Below, in pieces: positions 50,304 to 58,665 of a stretch of DNA of 64,000 nucleotides. The position numbers were made by a program, and so were the translations under genes. Below the pieces are notes generated by a model, which saw nothing but the letters and a program-made list of their open reading frames with translations, had not been told where the DNA came from and made no database searches. The first letter of the stretch is position 1; every line of letters begins with the position of its first letter. This DNA comes from an uncultured Gammaproteobacteria bacterium (GTDB lineage: Bacteria; Pseudomonadota; Gammaproteobacteria; Pseudomonadales; Pseudohongiellaceae): NCBI GenBank assembly GCA_913031035.1, contig CAJWGN010000001.1, positions 2,923 through 66,922 of the forward strand, read 5' to 3'.

Positions 50304-51830
50304 ATGTCTGATAAAAGAAGCGAAAGTGCTGACCTCGATCACGTCGATGACAATGCAGTATTTAAAACGGCTAGCCCTCAAGCTCAAATTGATAAGCCTC
50401 CAATAATTCTATGGCTTGGATTAGGTGGTTTATTGCTAGTGGCGTTATTGGTAGTTTTTGTCCTGCCAGTGCTGGTTACTGAATATGAGTTACCTTTAGA
50501 AAGGCGTGTTGATATTGCCGAGCTTGTGCCTTCACCAGCTTCCCAGCGAGAATTAGAAATATCCCCGTTTGAAGAAGCGCAGCGCTCTATTCAGAGAAAA
50601 AACGCACAAGACGTACTAGCCGAATTGCTGGAAATTCAAGGCGAGCTATCAGCCTTAGACGTTGTTGAATGGGGACAGCGTCAATTTGAAGAAGCGCTGT
50701 CTCAAGCAAGCACTGGCGATGAATATTATCGAAGCCAAGAATTTTTATTGGCAGTAGAAGTTTATGGGCTTGGGCGCGATACATTAGCGCAACTCAGAGA
50801 CTCTGTGCCAACGGTTATAGCTCAAACACTCATAGAAGCCGAGACTGCCTTCATAGCCGGTGATGCGTTGGTTGCAGAAGAAAAATATGCTTTGGCATTG
50901 CTTCTAGACGCATTTGATGAAGCTGCCCTAATTGGTTTAGAGCGCTCAAGAACATTAAGTGAGGTAGTTGATCTTTTAAACCAAACTGATGATCTGATCG
51001 AAGATGGCGGCCTCGAGCAAGCAAGAAACCTACTTGATCGCGTTATTAGTTTGGATGGTCGCAATTTAATTGCGCCGGCTAAAAAAACTGAAGTAGTCGC
51101 AATGATCCGCGAGCGAGAATTTTCTTCGATCATGTCTGCTGGTTATACAGCTTTAGAAACCGGCGACCCAGATGCAGCAATCACACAATTCGAAAATGCT
51201 GCGAACATGGGAATTAATCAAAACCAGGCGCTGGCGGCAATAACTCAAGCCGAAAATGAAATTGCAAACGCAGAAATAAATGTTCTTAGGCAGGCGATCG
51301 ACTCCGCCGAAAATGCCGAGCAATGGCAAGACGCCGTTGATAGCTATGACAAGGTTTTAATAATCGATTCAAATTTATCATTCGCAATTAATGGCAAGGA
51401 TTATGCTACTAAACGAGAAAGACTAAATTCCTTGTTGGTTGCAGCAAACAGTAATCCTCAGCGGCTTGCCGAAGATGACGTCTACCAGCAAACTATCGAT
51501 GTTTATTACACAGGCCGGGCTATCGATGAGCCAAGCTCAGTTTTGTCCACTCAACTCGATCTATTGGAAGGATATTTAGAAAACTCTCAGATACCAATTA
51601 ACGTCCAATTTATATCTGACAATTTGACCGATGTAACACTTCTTAGAATTGAACACGTCGGACTTTTTGAGCAGCAGAAAATGTCACTCAAGCCAGGTAA
51701 CTACGTAGCCGTTGGAAAGCGGTCCGGATACAGAGAGGTTAGAAAGGAATTTGTCGTGGGATTTGATCAAACTCCAAGCTTAGTCATAGTGCAATGTGAC
51801 GAGCCTATAGCTCCCAGCAATAGGCGATAA
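50304..51830 (+). CDS. Single-pass membrane protein with a periplasmic TPR-like region and a PEGA-like C-terminal beta domain
   Basis: Has the TM segment IILWLGLGGLLLVALLVVFVLPVLV after an acidic N-terminus. A long alanine/glutamate-rich helical-repeat region follows. The C-terminus reads LKPGNYVAVGKRSGYREVRKEFVVG. Confidence 0.55.
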   Translation: MSDKRSESADLDHVDDNAVFKTASPQAQIDKPPIILWLGLGGLLLVALLVVFVLPVLVTEYELPLERRVDIAELVPSPASQRELEISPFEEAQRSIQRKNAQDVLAELLEIQGELSALDVVEWGQRQFEEALSQASTGDEYYRSQEFLLAVEVYGLGRDTLAQLRDSVPTVIAQTLIEAETAFIAGDALVAEEKYALALLLDAFDEAALIGLERSRTLSEVVDLLNQTDDLIEDGGLEQARNLLDRVISLDGRNLIAPAKKTEVVAMIREREFSSIMSAGYTALETGDPDAAITQFENAANMGINQNQALAAITQAENEIANAEINVLRQAIDSAENAEQWQDAVDSYDKVLIIDSNLSFAINGKDYATKRERLNSLLVAANSNPQRLAEDDVYQQTIDVYYTGRAIDEPSSVLSTQLDLLEGYLENSQIPINVQFISDNLTDVTLLRIEHVGLFEQQKMSLKPGNYVAVGKRSGYREVRKEFVVGFDQTPSLVIVQCDEPIAPSNRR

Positions 51831-51832
51831 CG

Positions 51833-53911
51833 ATGGATAACCCTAACGTTAAGAATGAGCCAAACGGCTCTAACGACCCAATAGTACCAATAGATTTTAC
51901 ACCTAATGAAAATAAGGCAGCCCGTGTTTCGTTTAAGCTGAAACCTATTCATTTTATTCTGGCCGCATTTTTCAGTATTTCAGGGTTTGCCGCTTGGTTT
52001 GTATTGACGGCGAAATCTGTTTCCATCGAAGCGAATCCAGTTACCGCTGTAGTTGAAATTAGCGGTGGCTTAAAATTCAAGTTGGGGCCACGTTATTTAA
52101 TTCGCTCAGGCCGCTACGATATTAAATTAGTAAACGAGGGTTATCACGATAGCGAATCTATATTGGTGGTTAGTTCAGATCAGACTCAGACCCACCTTTA
52201 TGAAATGCAGAAGCTTCCGGGGATCTTAAGTTTCGCTACTAAGGATCTAATCGCCGCTAGGGTGCAAGTCGATGGCATAGACCTCGGTGAGACGCCATTA
52301 ATGTCTATATTGGTTGAGGCCGGCGAGAGGCAGCTAACCGTATCAAAGGACCGTTACCTAGACTTTGCGCAGACAATCTTAGTGGAGGGGCGGTCGGTAG
52401 AGCAAAGCTTCGAGGCTCAATTAGAGCCTGCCTGGGCAACCGTCAGCTTGACGACAAGTCCTGCTGGAGCCGACGTCATAGTGGATGGCGAACTTATTGG
52501 TACTACTCCTATGAATGCGAAAATCATTCAAGGCCAGCGCGACCTCACCCTGAAGCTCGCAGGGCATAAGGCATGGCAAGAAGATTTTGGTATTTTTGCG
52601 GGAGAAGATTTTGTTATTCCTGATATAGAATTGGAGCCGGCAGATGGACTAGTCTTCATTCAGTCCTCACCATCGTCAGCCTCGGTGACTATAGGAGGAG
52701 AGTTTAAGGGTTTAACGCCACTTGAGGTTTCCTTGGCTCCGGACATTGATCACGAAATCACCTTTTTTAAAAATGGATACAACTCAAGTAAACGCAGCAT
52801 TAGAACTCAGGCCAATCAAGAAAGTGGGGTCAGTGTTAGCTTGGATCCTGTGCTGGCTAATGTTCAGGTAATTAGTCAGCCTGAAGATGCGCAGCTTTAT
52901 GTTAATGGAGAGCTTCGTGGTCTCGCAAATCAAACGCTTGAGCTAATAGCAGCAAGTCAACAAATCGAAGTACGTAAGGCAGGCTATGTCCCTTTTACAG
53001 CGGAATTCACCTCAAGACCTGGCCTGGATCAGGTAATCCGAGTCAGTCTTAAGTCTCTAGAGCAGGCCCGACTTGACCAGATCGAACCGGTTATTAGTAA
53101 CGCTGCTGGTCAGTCGCTTAAACTTTTCTATCCATCCGCTTTTACAATGGGGGCATCTCGCCGTGAAGCCGGTCGCAGGTCAAATGAAAACCTGCGAGAG
53201 ATAAAGTTGGAACGACCATTTTATATAAGCTATAAAGAAGTGACCAACGCTGAATTCAGACTGTTCGATAGCGAGCATTCCTCTGGTATTTTACAGGGTT
53301 TGAGCTTAAACAATGAGGCTCAGCCCGTGGTTAGACTCAGTTGGACACAGGCCGCGCTTTTCTCTAACTGGCTCAGCGAGCAAGAGTCTATTGAGCCTTT
53401 TTACGATGTTTTAGACGGCGACGTTGTTGGTTATAACTCAGAATCTACCGGTTACAGGATGCCCTCTGAAGCTGAATGGGCATGGGCCGCAAGGGCTGAT
53501 GGTAGCGGAAATCTCTTGAAATATCCGTGGGGCACACAGCTGCCTCCGCCAGACAACGCTGGAAACTTTGCAGATATTACGGCGAGAAATTATCTGGGAG
53601 AGGTCATGTTTGATTACGAAGATGGCTATTTGGCAACGGCTCCGGTGGCATCCTTTACTGCTAACCAAAATGATCTGTTTGACATGGCAGGTAATGTTTC
53701 GGAATGGGTTCATGACTACTACGGTTCAGTTGGATCAGCCAATGGCGCTGAAGTTGACCCGCTGGGTTCTGTAAACGGTCAGTTTCACACAATTCGCGGC
53801 TCTAGCTGGGCTCATGGTTCTGTTTCTGAGATACGGCTATCGTTTAGAGATTTCGGTGAAGAGCCACGAGACGATGTTGGATTTAGAATCGCTAGGTATT
53901 TAGAGGAGTGA
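51833..53911 (+). CDS. Membrane-anchored protein with 5 PEGA-like repeats and a C-terminal FGE-sulfatase (SUMF1/PvdO-like) domain lacking the catalytic cysteines
   Basis: Has the TM segment IHFILAAFFSISGFAAWFVLTA and PEGA-type repeats (VDGIDLGETPL, VDGELIGTTPM, IGGEFKGLTPL, VNGELRGLANQ ...). FGE-fold blocks are PVVRLSWTQAALFSNWLS, GYRMPSEAEWAWAAR, GNVSEWVHDYY, IRGSSWAH and VGFRIARY. Confidence 0.8.
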   Translation: MDNPNVKNEPNGSNDPIVPIDFTPNENKAARVSFKLKPIHFILAAFFSISGFAAWFVLTAKSVSIEANPVTAVVEISGGLKFKLGPRYLIRSGRYDIKLVNEGYHDSESILVVSSDQTQTHLYEMQKLPGILSFATKDLIAARVQVDGIDLGETPLMSILVEAGERQLTVSKDRYLDFAQTILVEGRSVEQSFEAQLEPAWATVSLTTSPAGADVIVDGELIGTTPMNAKIIQGQRDLTLKLAGHKAWQEDFGIFAGEDFVIPDIELEPADGLVFIQSSPSSASVTIGGEFKGLTPLEVSLAPDIDHEITFFKNGYNSSKRSIRTQANQESGVSVSLDPVLANVQVISQPEDAQLYVNGELRGLANQTLELIAASQQIEVRKAGYVPFTAEFTSRPGLDQVIRVSLKSLEQARLDQIEPVISNAAGQSLKLFYPSAFTMGASRREAGRRSNENLREIKLERPFYISYKEVTNAEFRLFDSEHSSGILQGLSLNNEAQPVVRLSWTQAALFSNWLSEQESIEPFYDVLDGDVVGYNSESTGYRMPSEAEWAWAARADGSGNLLKYPWGTQLPPPDNAGNFADITARNYLGEVMFDYEDGYLATAPVASFTANQNDLFDMAGNVSEWVHDYYGSVGSANGAEVDPLGSVNGQFHTIRGSSWAHGSVSEIRLSFRDFGEEPRDDVGFRIARYLEE

Positions 53912-54180
53912 TGATGAGAAATTTAACTCACGTTTACGCGGTTTTGCTTGTATTGGCTAGCGCGAATGTAATGGCACAAGATCAGACTCCAAATGAGCCT
54001 AGTGTAATAGATTTTGAGGAGCCTGAAGTGTCAAGTGAGCTAGTGCTAGATGAAGAGCCAGCCACCGAAAACGGCTCAATAGAATCACAGCAAGAAGATG
54101 ACGCACAAGCATCTCAAAGGTTTATCCCGACCGAAGAGATATCACAGGATTTAGGTGTTTCTTTTCCTGCAAACATATAA
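53911..54180 (+). CDS. Small secreted acidic protein (~89 aa)
   Basis: Has the signal peptide MMRNLTHVYAVLLVLASANVMA|Q and a mature part rich in E/D. The start overlaps or abuts the upstream TGA (GTG 53908, ATG 53911 or ATG 53914), with AGGAG at 53902-53906. Confidence 0.5.
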   Translation: MMRNLTHVYAVLLVLASANVMAQDQTPNEPSVIDFEEPEVSSELVLDEEPATENGSIESQQEDDAQASQRFIPTEEISQDLGVSFPANI

Positions 54181-54241
54181 CGATTTTGGGATTTTTTGCC
54201 ACGCTAAAAAAAGCGGCTTATAAACGAGAAAAGGATTGAGT

Positions 54242-55048
54242 ATGAAGCAAGGTTTGTTGTCTGAAGCTATGTGGCAGTTAGTGCCTCTTATTGTTGCGCT
54301 AATCGTCGTACATGCGGCTTATGTGACAGTGATTCGACCTACCGCAGAGGCTGTTCAGGAGCAGCAGAGCTTCCTGCAGGAATCCAATCCAGATTTTGTT
54401 CCAGAACGGTCCGTCTATATTATTTTGAAAGACCTTGAGCAAGAGACCTGCATAATATTATTTCTGTGGGCCTCGGCTCTTATAGGCATGAAAACTCAGC
54501 AGACCATTAGGCAACGTGCACTACTTGATCAAACTCTTATTCAATTGTCTGATGGTATGAGTATTCTACCAGAAGACGCAAGAAACTACGCTCGACCAGT
54601 TCAGGCCCTAGGTGAGCGTGAAAAGCAATATTTGCTCCCACGGGCTCTGTTGGCAGGTCTGCAGCGCTTTCAAAGTACGCGCAACATTCAGGACGTATCA
54701 ACTATTGTAAAAGATACCTGCGAGTCTGAAGCTGATCGCATGGAAACAGAATTGTCTATCGTGCGCTACATAGCTTGGGCAATCCCCTCCATAGGTTTCT
54801 TGGGAACGGTTCGCGGTATCGGAACAGCTCTAGGGCAAGCTTATCAAGCAGTTGCCGGTGATATTGTAGGGGTGACAGTGAGTCTTGGGGTTGCCTTTAA
54901 TTCAACCTTTGTAGCCTTGGTTGTTAGCATTTTGTTGACCTTCGTTTTGTACCAGCTGCAATTGCTTCAGGACCGGCTCGTATTGGACTGCCAGCACTAC
55001 TGCGATGAGAAGCTAATTAGCAACCTACAGGTTCCGGACAGAGCATAG
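54242..55048 (+). CDS. MotA/TolQ/ExbB-family proton channel protein (4-TM topology)
   Basis: The C-terminal block VRYIAWAIPSIGFLGTVRGIGTALGQAY...VSLGVAFNSTFVALVVSILLTFVLYQL matches the MotA_ExbB signature (aP.lGLLGTV.G...aF ... AL.tT..GL.vA). Two additional N-terminal TM segments are present. ATG 54242 is preceded by AAGGA. Confidence 0.8.
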   Translation: MKQGLLSEAMWQLVPLIVALIVVHAAYVTVIRPTAEAVQEQQSFLQESNPDFVPERSVYIILKDLEQETCIILFLWASALIGMKTQQTIRQRALLDQTLIQLSDGMSILPEDARNYARPVQALGEREKQYLLPRALLAGLQRFQSTRNIQDVSTIVKDTCESEADRMETELSIVRYIAWAIPSIGFLGTVRGIGTALGQAYQAVAGDIVGVTVSLGVAFNSTFVALVVSILLTFVLYQLQLLQDRLVLDCQHYCDEKLISNLQVPDRA

Positions 55049-55050
55049 CC

Positions 55051-56409
55051 ATGAGTTTAAAAATAATAGAACTTAACGACGCAGGGATAAAAGTTGGGGA
55101 CCATGGTGGCATCGTCGCTCATAGTCCTGGTTTTGCTCTGGTGGTTGGTAGCGAGCTTTTATTGGGTGAGCGTGCAGAGAAGCAAGCGCGCTTACAGCCG
55201 ACTAAAAGCTATAATAAATACTGGTATGAACTCAGTATGGAACCCTTAAATCACGGCAATCATCTCAGGCATACAGCGGATATAGCGTTTGCCCATCTTT
55301 TGCATCTCGCCGAAATAGGAGAAATTGAGTCTGATGTTCTTCTTGCCGTACCGGGAAGTTTTAGTTCTCAGCAGCTAGCGATACTTTTGGGGTTAGCGAA
55401 GCAAAGCCCTATCAATCCGATAGGCGTAGTCGACTCAGGTCTTGTTGCTGGGATTGCCGCTGGGATTTGTGAATCCTCTTTATTTATCGACTTGCAACTC
55501 CATCAGATTGTTGTAACCAAACTTAACTTCAGCAATGGCCTTTTAACCTCTGAATCAGTTGTTCAAATCCCAGGTGTGGGCAGTCAGAATTTCATTAATT
55601 TGATGATGCAGAAAGCTACCGACTCCTTTATTGAACAATGCCGTTTTAATCCTCAGCATAATGCTGAGTATGAGCAGCTTCTCTATAGCCAGTTGCCGCT
55701 TTGGCTCAGCCAATACGATGATTCTCAGACTAATTTAATGTTGGAGCTCAAAACTAGTGATGCCTTGCACGTTGCGAAAATGCCTAAGGAAGGTCTTATC
55801 GCTAGTTTGCAAAGTCACTATAAGAAAATCAACCAAGAGCTTGAACCCTTGCTTAGCGATCAATACTCTACTCTTATTCTTAATAAAGGCTTGGCATCAT
55901 TGCCCGGCTATATGGCTAGTTTACCTGAGTTCAAATCCATCAAAGTTTTGCAAGGCCATGAGATAATTGAAGCCTGCCTGGACCATGTAGATAGAATAGT
56001 GACGCCGGGAGAGGAAATTCATTTAGTAAGATCTCTTCCTGTTGCCGGCGGATCGAATTCAACCGGTGCTCATGGACAAATTGAATTAGACGGCGGTGAG
56101 GCACCTACCCATCTCGTTTATCGTAGCAGAGCTGTGGCGCTTGGGGATATTCAAATTCGTAATCCTGACAATGAAAAAGACGGCTCAGGGACCAGCTCCA
56201 AAACAATCAATATCTCAGCGGGCGATTTGCCGACCTTGCTTGGAGAGACTCATGTTAATAGCTCAGGCGCTTTTATTGAGAGCGGTGAACTTGAGTTTTA
56301 TTTGAATTCAAAACCGGTAAAAGGGCTACAGAAAATTTCTCTCGGCGACCAGATTCAATTCGGCATACAAGGTGATGTATTGACCGCAATTCAGGTGCAA
56401 AATGTCTAG
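55051..56409 (+). CDS. Cytoplasmic Hsp70/actin-fold (ASKHA-like) protein with degenerate nucleotide-binding motifs and a C-terminal FHA-like beta region
   Basis: There is no signal peptide or TM segment. [42 protein letters not shown] parallels Hsp70 [51 protein letters not shown] and [16 protein letters not shown] sit where GIDLGTT and DLGGGTFDVS are expected. Confidence 0.45.
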   Translation: [452 protein letters not shown]

Positions 56410-57499
56410 AAAGTCGAGACGTAGAATATCCACTCCCTTGAGCCTTGCCTTCTTGGATGTGATGTTTTGCGGCTTTGGTGCGGTAATTCTAATTTTCCTT
56501 ATTATGGATCACTCGAGTATCACCGCCAAAAACGATGCTAATCCGAGTTTGGCAGCCGAAATTAATCTTCTAGAGGAAGAAGTGTTAGAAGGAGAGCTTG
56601 GCTTGGTGAGAGTGCGTAATACGCTTTCTGATACTTCCTTCGAAGTTGTTGAAGCTCAGGGTCTCGCGCGACAGGTTCAAGATCAAATTGACACCTTTCT
56701 ACAAGAGCTGGCATCGATGGAAAACTCCAGTATCGCCAGTGTCGAGAGTATTGAAAAACTACGGTCGGACATTAAGGCCCTTGAAGAAGAACTATTGAGA
56801 CTGCAGGCTAGCGCTTTTGAGCAAGAAGGTAATAATGTTAGGCAGTACATTGGTGACGGTAATCGACAATATTTGTCTGGGTTCTTCTTAGGAGGGCAGC
56901 GGATTCTAATTTTGGTAGACAGCTCCACTAGTATGCTGGATAGCACGCTAATTAACATTATCAGAACTCGAAACTTGTCAGATGAGCGGAAAAGGCAGGC
57001 GCCAAAGTGGCGTCGTGTAGTCAAAACTATCGATTGGATAAGCACTCAGCTGCCTGTAACCAGCCGCTATCAAATTTGGTCCTTTAGCAACAGCTACACA
57101 AGTGCCATCCCGGGAAGCGAAGCGCGGTGGTTGGAAGTGGCTGACCGAGATCAGTTAAACCAAGCAATTATCAATATTGGCGATACGATCCCCAACAATG
57201 GCACAAATATGGAACAGGTATTTCGCGGGGTCGCCAATATGAATCCGCCCCCGGACAATATATTTCTTATAACCGACGGTCTACCAACGCTAGACGATCG
57301 TGGTGATCCTAATGGGCTGGTTACTCCGAATCAGCGTGCAGAGCTGTTTGAAAATGCTGTCACTGAGTTACCTAGAGGAATACCGGTAAATGTTATTCTA
57401 ATGCCTCTGGAAGGTGATCCTTCTGCCTCTGCAGTGTTTTGGGAACTGGCTCAGGTTTCGAAAGGGTCCTATTTGACCCCTTCTAAAGATTGGCCTTAG
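56402..57499 (+). CDS. TolR/ExbD-like TM anchor - coiled coil - periplasmic vWA (MIDAS) domain protein, paralogue 1
   Basis: The N-terminus MSRKSRRRISTPLSLAFLDVMFCGFGAVILIFLIM resembles TolR ..NIVPLLDVLLVLLLIFM, with the conserved Asp. A heptad-rich ~100 aa follows. vWA motifs are ILILVDSSTSM (DxSxS) and IFLITDGLPT. It overlaps the upstream gene by 8 nt. Confidence 0.7.
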   Translation: MSRKSRRRISTPLSLAFLDVMFCGFGAVILIFLIMDHSSITAKNDANPSLAAEINLLEEEVLEGELGLVRVRNTLSDTSFEVVEAQGLARQVQDQIDTFLQELASMENSSIASVESIEKLRSDIKALEEELLRLQASAFEQEGNNVRQYIGDGNRQYLSGFFLGGQRILILVDSSTSMLDSTLINIIRTRNLSDERKRQAPKWRRVVKTIDWISTQLPVTSRYQIWSFSNSYTSAIPGSEARWLEVADRDQLNQAIINIGDTIPNNGTNMEQVFRGVANMNPPPDNIFLITDGLPTLDDRGDPNGLVTPNQRAELFENAVTELPRGIPVNVILMPLEGDPSASAVFWELAQVSKGSYLTPSKDWP

Positions 57500-57597
57500 C
57501 CGATGTTGTGTATTTTGGAGAGCATTGAATTCGGTATCAATCTTGCTCTATATGAAAAGTCGAACAGCCAGGTTCTTCGAGAGCGTGAGGAGTAAAA

Positions 57598-58602
57598 ATG
57601 AGACGTAGAGACCGCGAATCTGATTCCTTTACGGTGTCTTTTTTGGACGTGGCGTCCTGTGGTTTCGGGGCGATGATAATCTTGTTGATAATCACCAAGA
57701 TTAATGACCCAGTGACTTTGGAAATAGTCGATGTCCCGCCGGAGGGCAGAGTTATCGAACTGCAAGAATCTTTGTTTGCGATTCGGGGCGAAACCACAAT
57801 ACTGAATCGTGAACTCAACGCAAAGCATGAGCAACTGTCTGCACTCACCGATAGAGTCGCACGGCTACGCCGAGATCTAAATGACATCGAGGGGCGTTAT
57901 CAGACAACAACTGAGCTGTCCGACGAAACCACCGATGAAGCCGGCAAGCTGGCGATTGCTCAGCAATCCTTAACTGACGAAATGCAGCGCCTGCTGGCAA
58001 ATAGCCCAGCAGCAGAGAACAACGCCGTTGGCGGTGTGCCTGTGGATAGCGAATATATTATTTTTATTATCGATACATCAGGCAGTATGTTTAATAATCC
58101 TAGTTGGAATAAAATGCTGGGTGTGATCGACAATACTCTTGATGTATATCCCGAAGTTAAGGGGATTCAGATAATGAACGATATGGGAGACTATATGTTC
58201 AATTCCTACGCTGGCAAGTGGATGCCAGATACGCCTTCCACCCGAAGCCGAATTATCTCCACGCTTCGGAATTGGCAACCTTACAGTAATAGCAGCCCTG
58301 TAGAAGGTGTAACCCGGGCTATCAATACATTCTATTCCCCCGATAAGAAAATCAGCATTTACGTCCTTGGAGACGATTTTCAGCCAGGGGGCTCTATTCG
58401 CAATGTGCTTCAAACCATAGATAGAATCAATGTAGAAGACGCCAATGGGAATAGGCTAGTCAGAATTCATGGGATTGGTTTCCCGGTCATTTTCGACTTT
58501 CCGCAGCGCTTCAGACAGAGTGTTTATCGCTATGCCACGTTAATGCGCGAGATGACGTCACGAAATGGTGGTACATTTGTAGGTCTCAACGACTTCAGAT
58601 AG
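57598..58602 (+). CDS. TolR/ExbD-like TM anchor - coiled coil - periplasmic vWA (MIDAS) domain protein, paralogue 2
   Basis: The N-terminus MRRRDRESDSFTVSFLDVASCGFGAMIILLIIT is followed by a coiled-coil-like segment. vWA motifs are IIFIIDTSGSM (DxSxS) and ...LMREMTSRNGGTFVGL. An SD GAGGAG lies upstream. Confidence 0.7.
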   Translation: MRRRDRESDSFTVSFLDVASCGFGAMIILLIITKINDPVTLEIVDVPPEGRVIELQESLFAIRGETTILNRELNAKHEQLSALTDRVARLRRDLNDIEGRYQTTTELSDETTDEAGKLAIAQQSLTDEMQRLLANSPAAENNAVGGVPVDSEYIIFIIDTSGSMFNNPSWNKMLGVIDNTLDVYPEVKGIQIMNDMGDYMFNSYAGKWMPDTPSTRSRIISTLRNWQPYSNSSPVEGVTRAINTFYSPDKKISIYVLGDDFQPGGSIRNVLQTIDRINVEDANGNRLVRIHGIGFPVIFDFPQRFRQSVYRYATLMREMTSRNGGTFVGLNDFR

Positions 58603-58665
58603 CTTTGCTTGGACGTTTCAGTACCCTTAGCGTTTGGTTTTGAGTTCAATTGAGTCAAAAGGATA

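Noticed and set aside
54242-58602. Interpretation of the core as a Zorya-type anti-phage system
   Set aside because: ZorA is much larger, with a long C-terminal tail. ZorB carries a peptidoglycan-binding domain. ZorC/D (or E) nuclease/helicase effectors are required. None of these features is visible here, and the surrounding genes are lipoproteins and scaffolds, not nucleic-acid enzymes.
54242-58602. Interpretation as flagellar stator, Tol-Pal or TonB-ExbBD
   Set aside because: No OmpA-like/PG-binding MotB domain is present, and no TolA/TolB/Pal/CpoB genes. There is no Pro-rich anchored TonB. The Asp-bearing partners carry vWA domains instead of the compact TolR/ExbD periplasmic domain.
56402-58602. 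Interpretation as a Bat/MoxR-vWA (aerotolerance-type) operon
   Set aside because: There is no MoxR AAA+ ATPase or DUF58 gene. BatA/BatB-type proteins have two TM segments flanking the vWA domain, rather than an N-terminal ExbD-like helix plus coiled coil.
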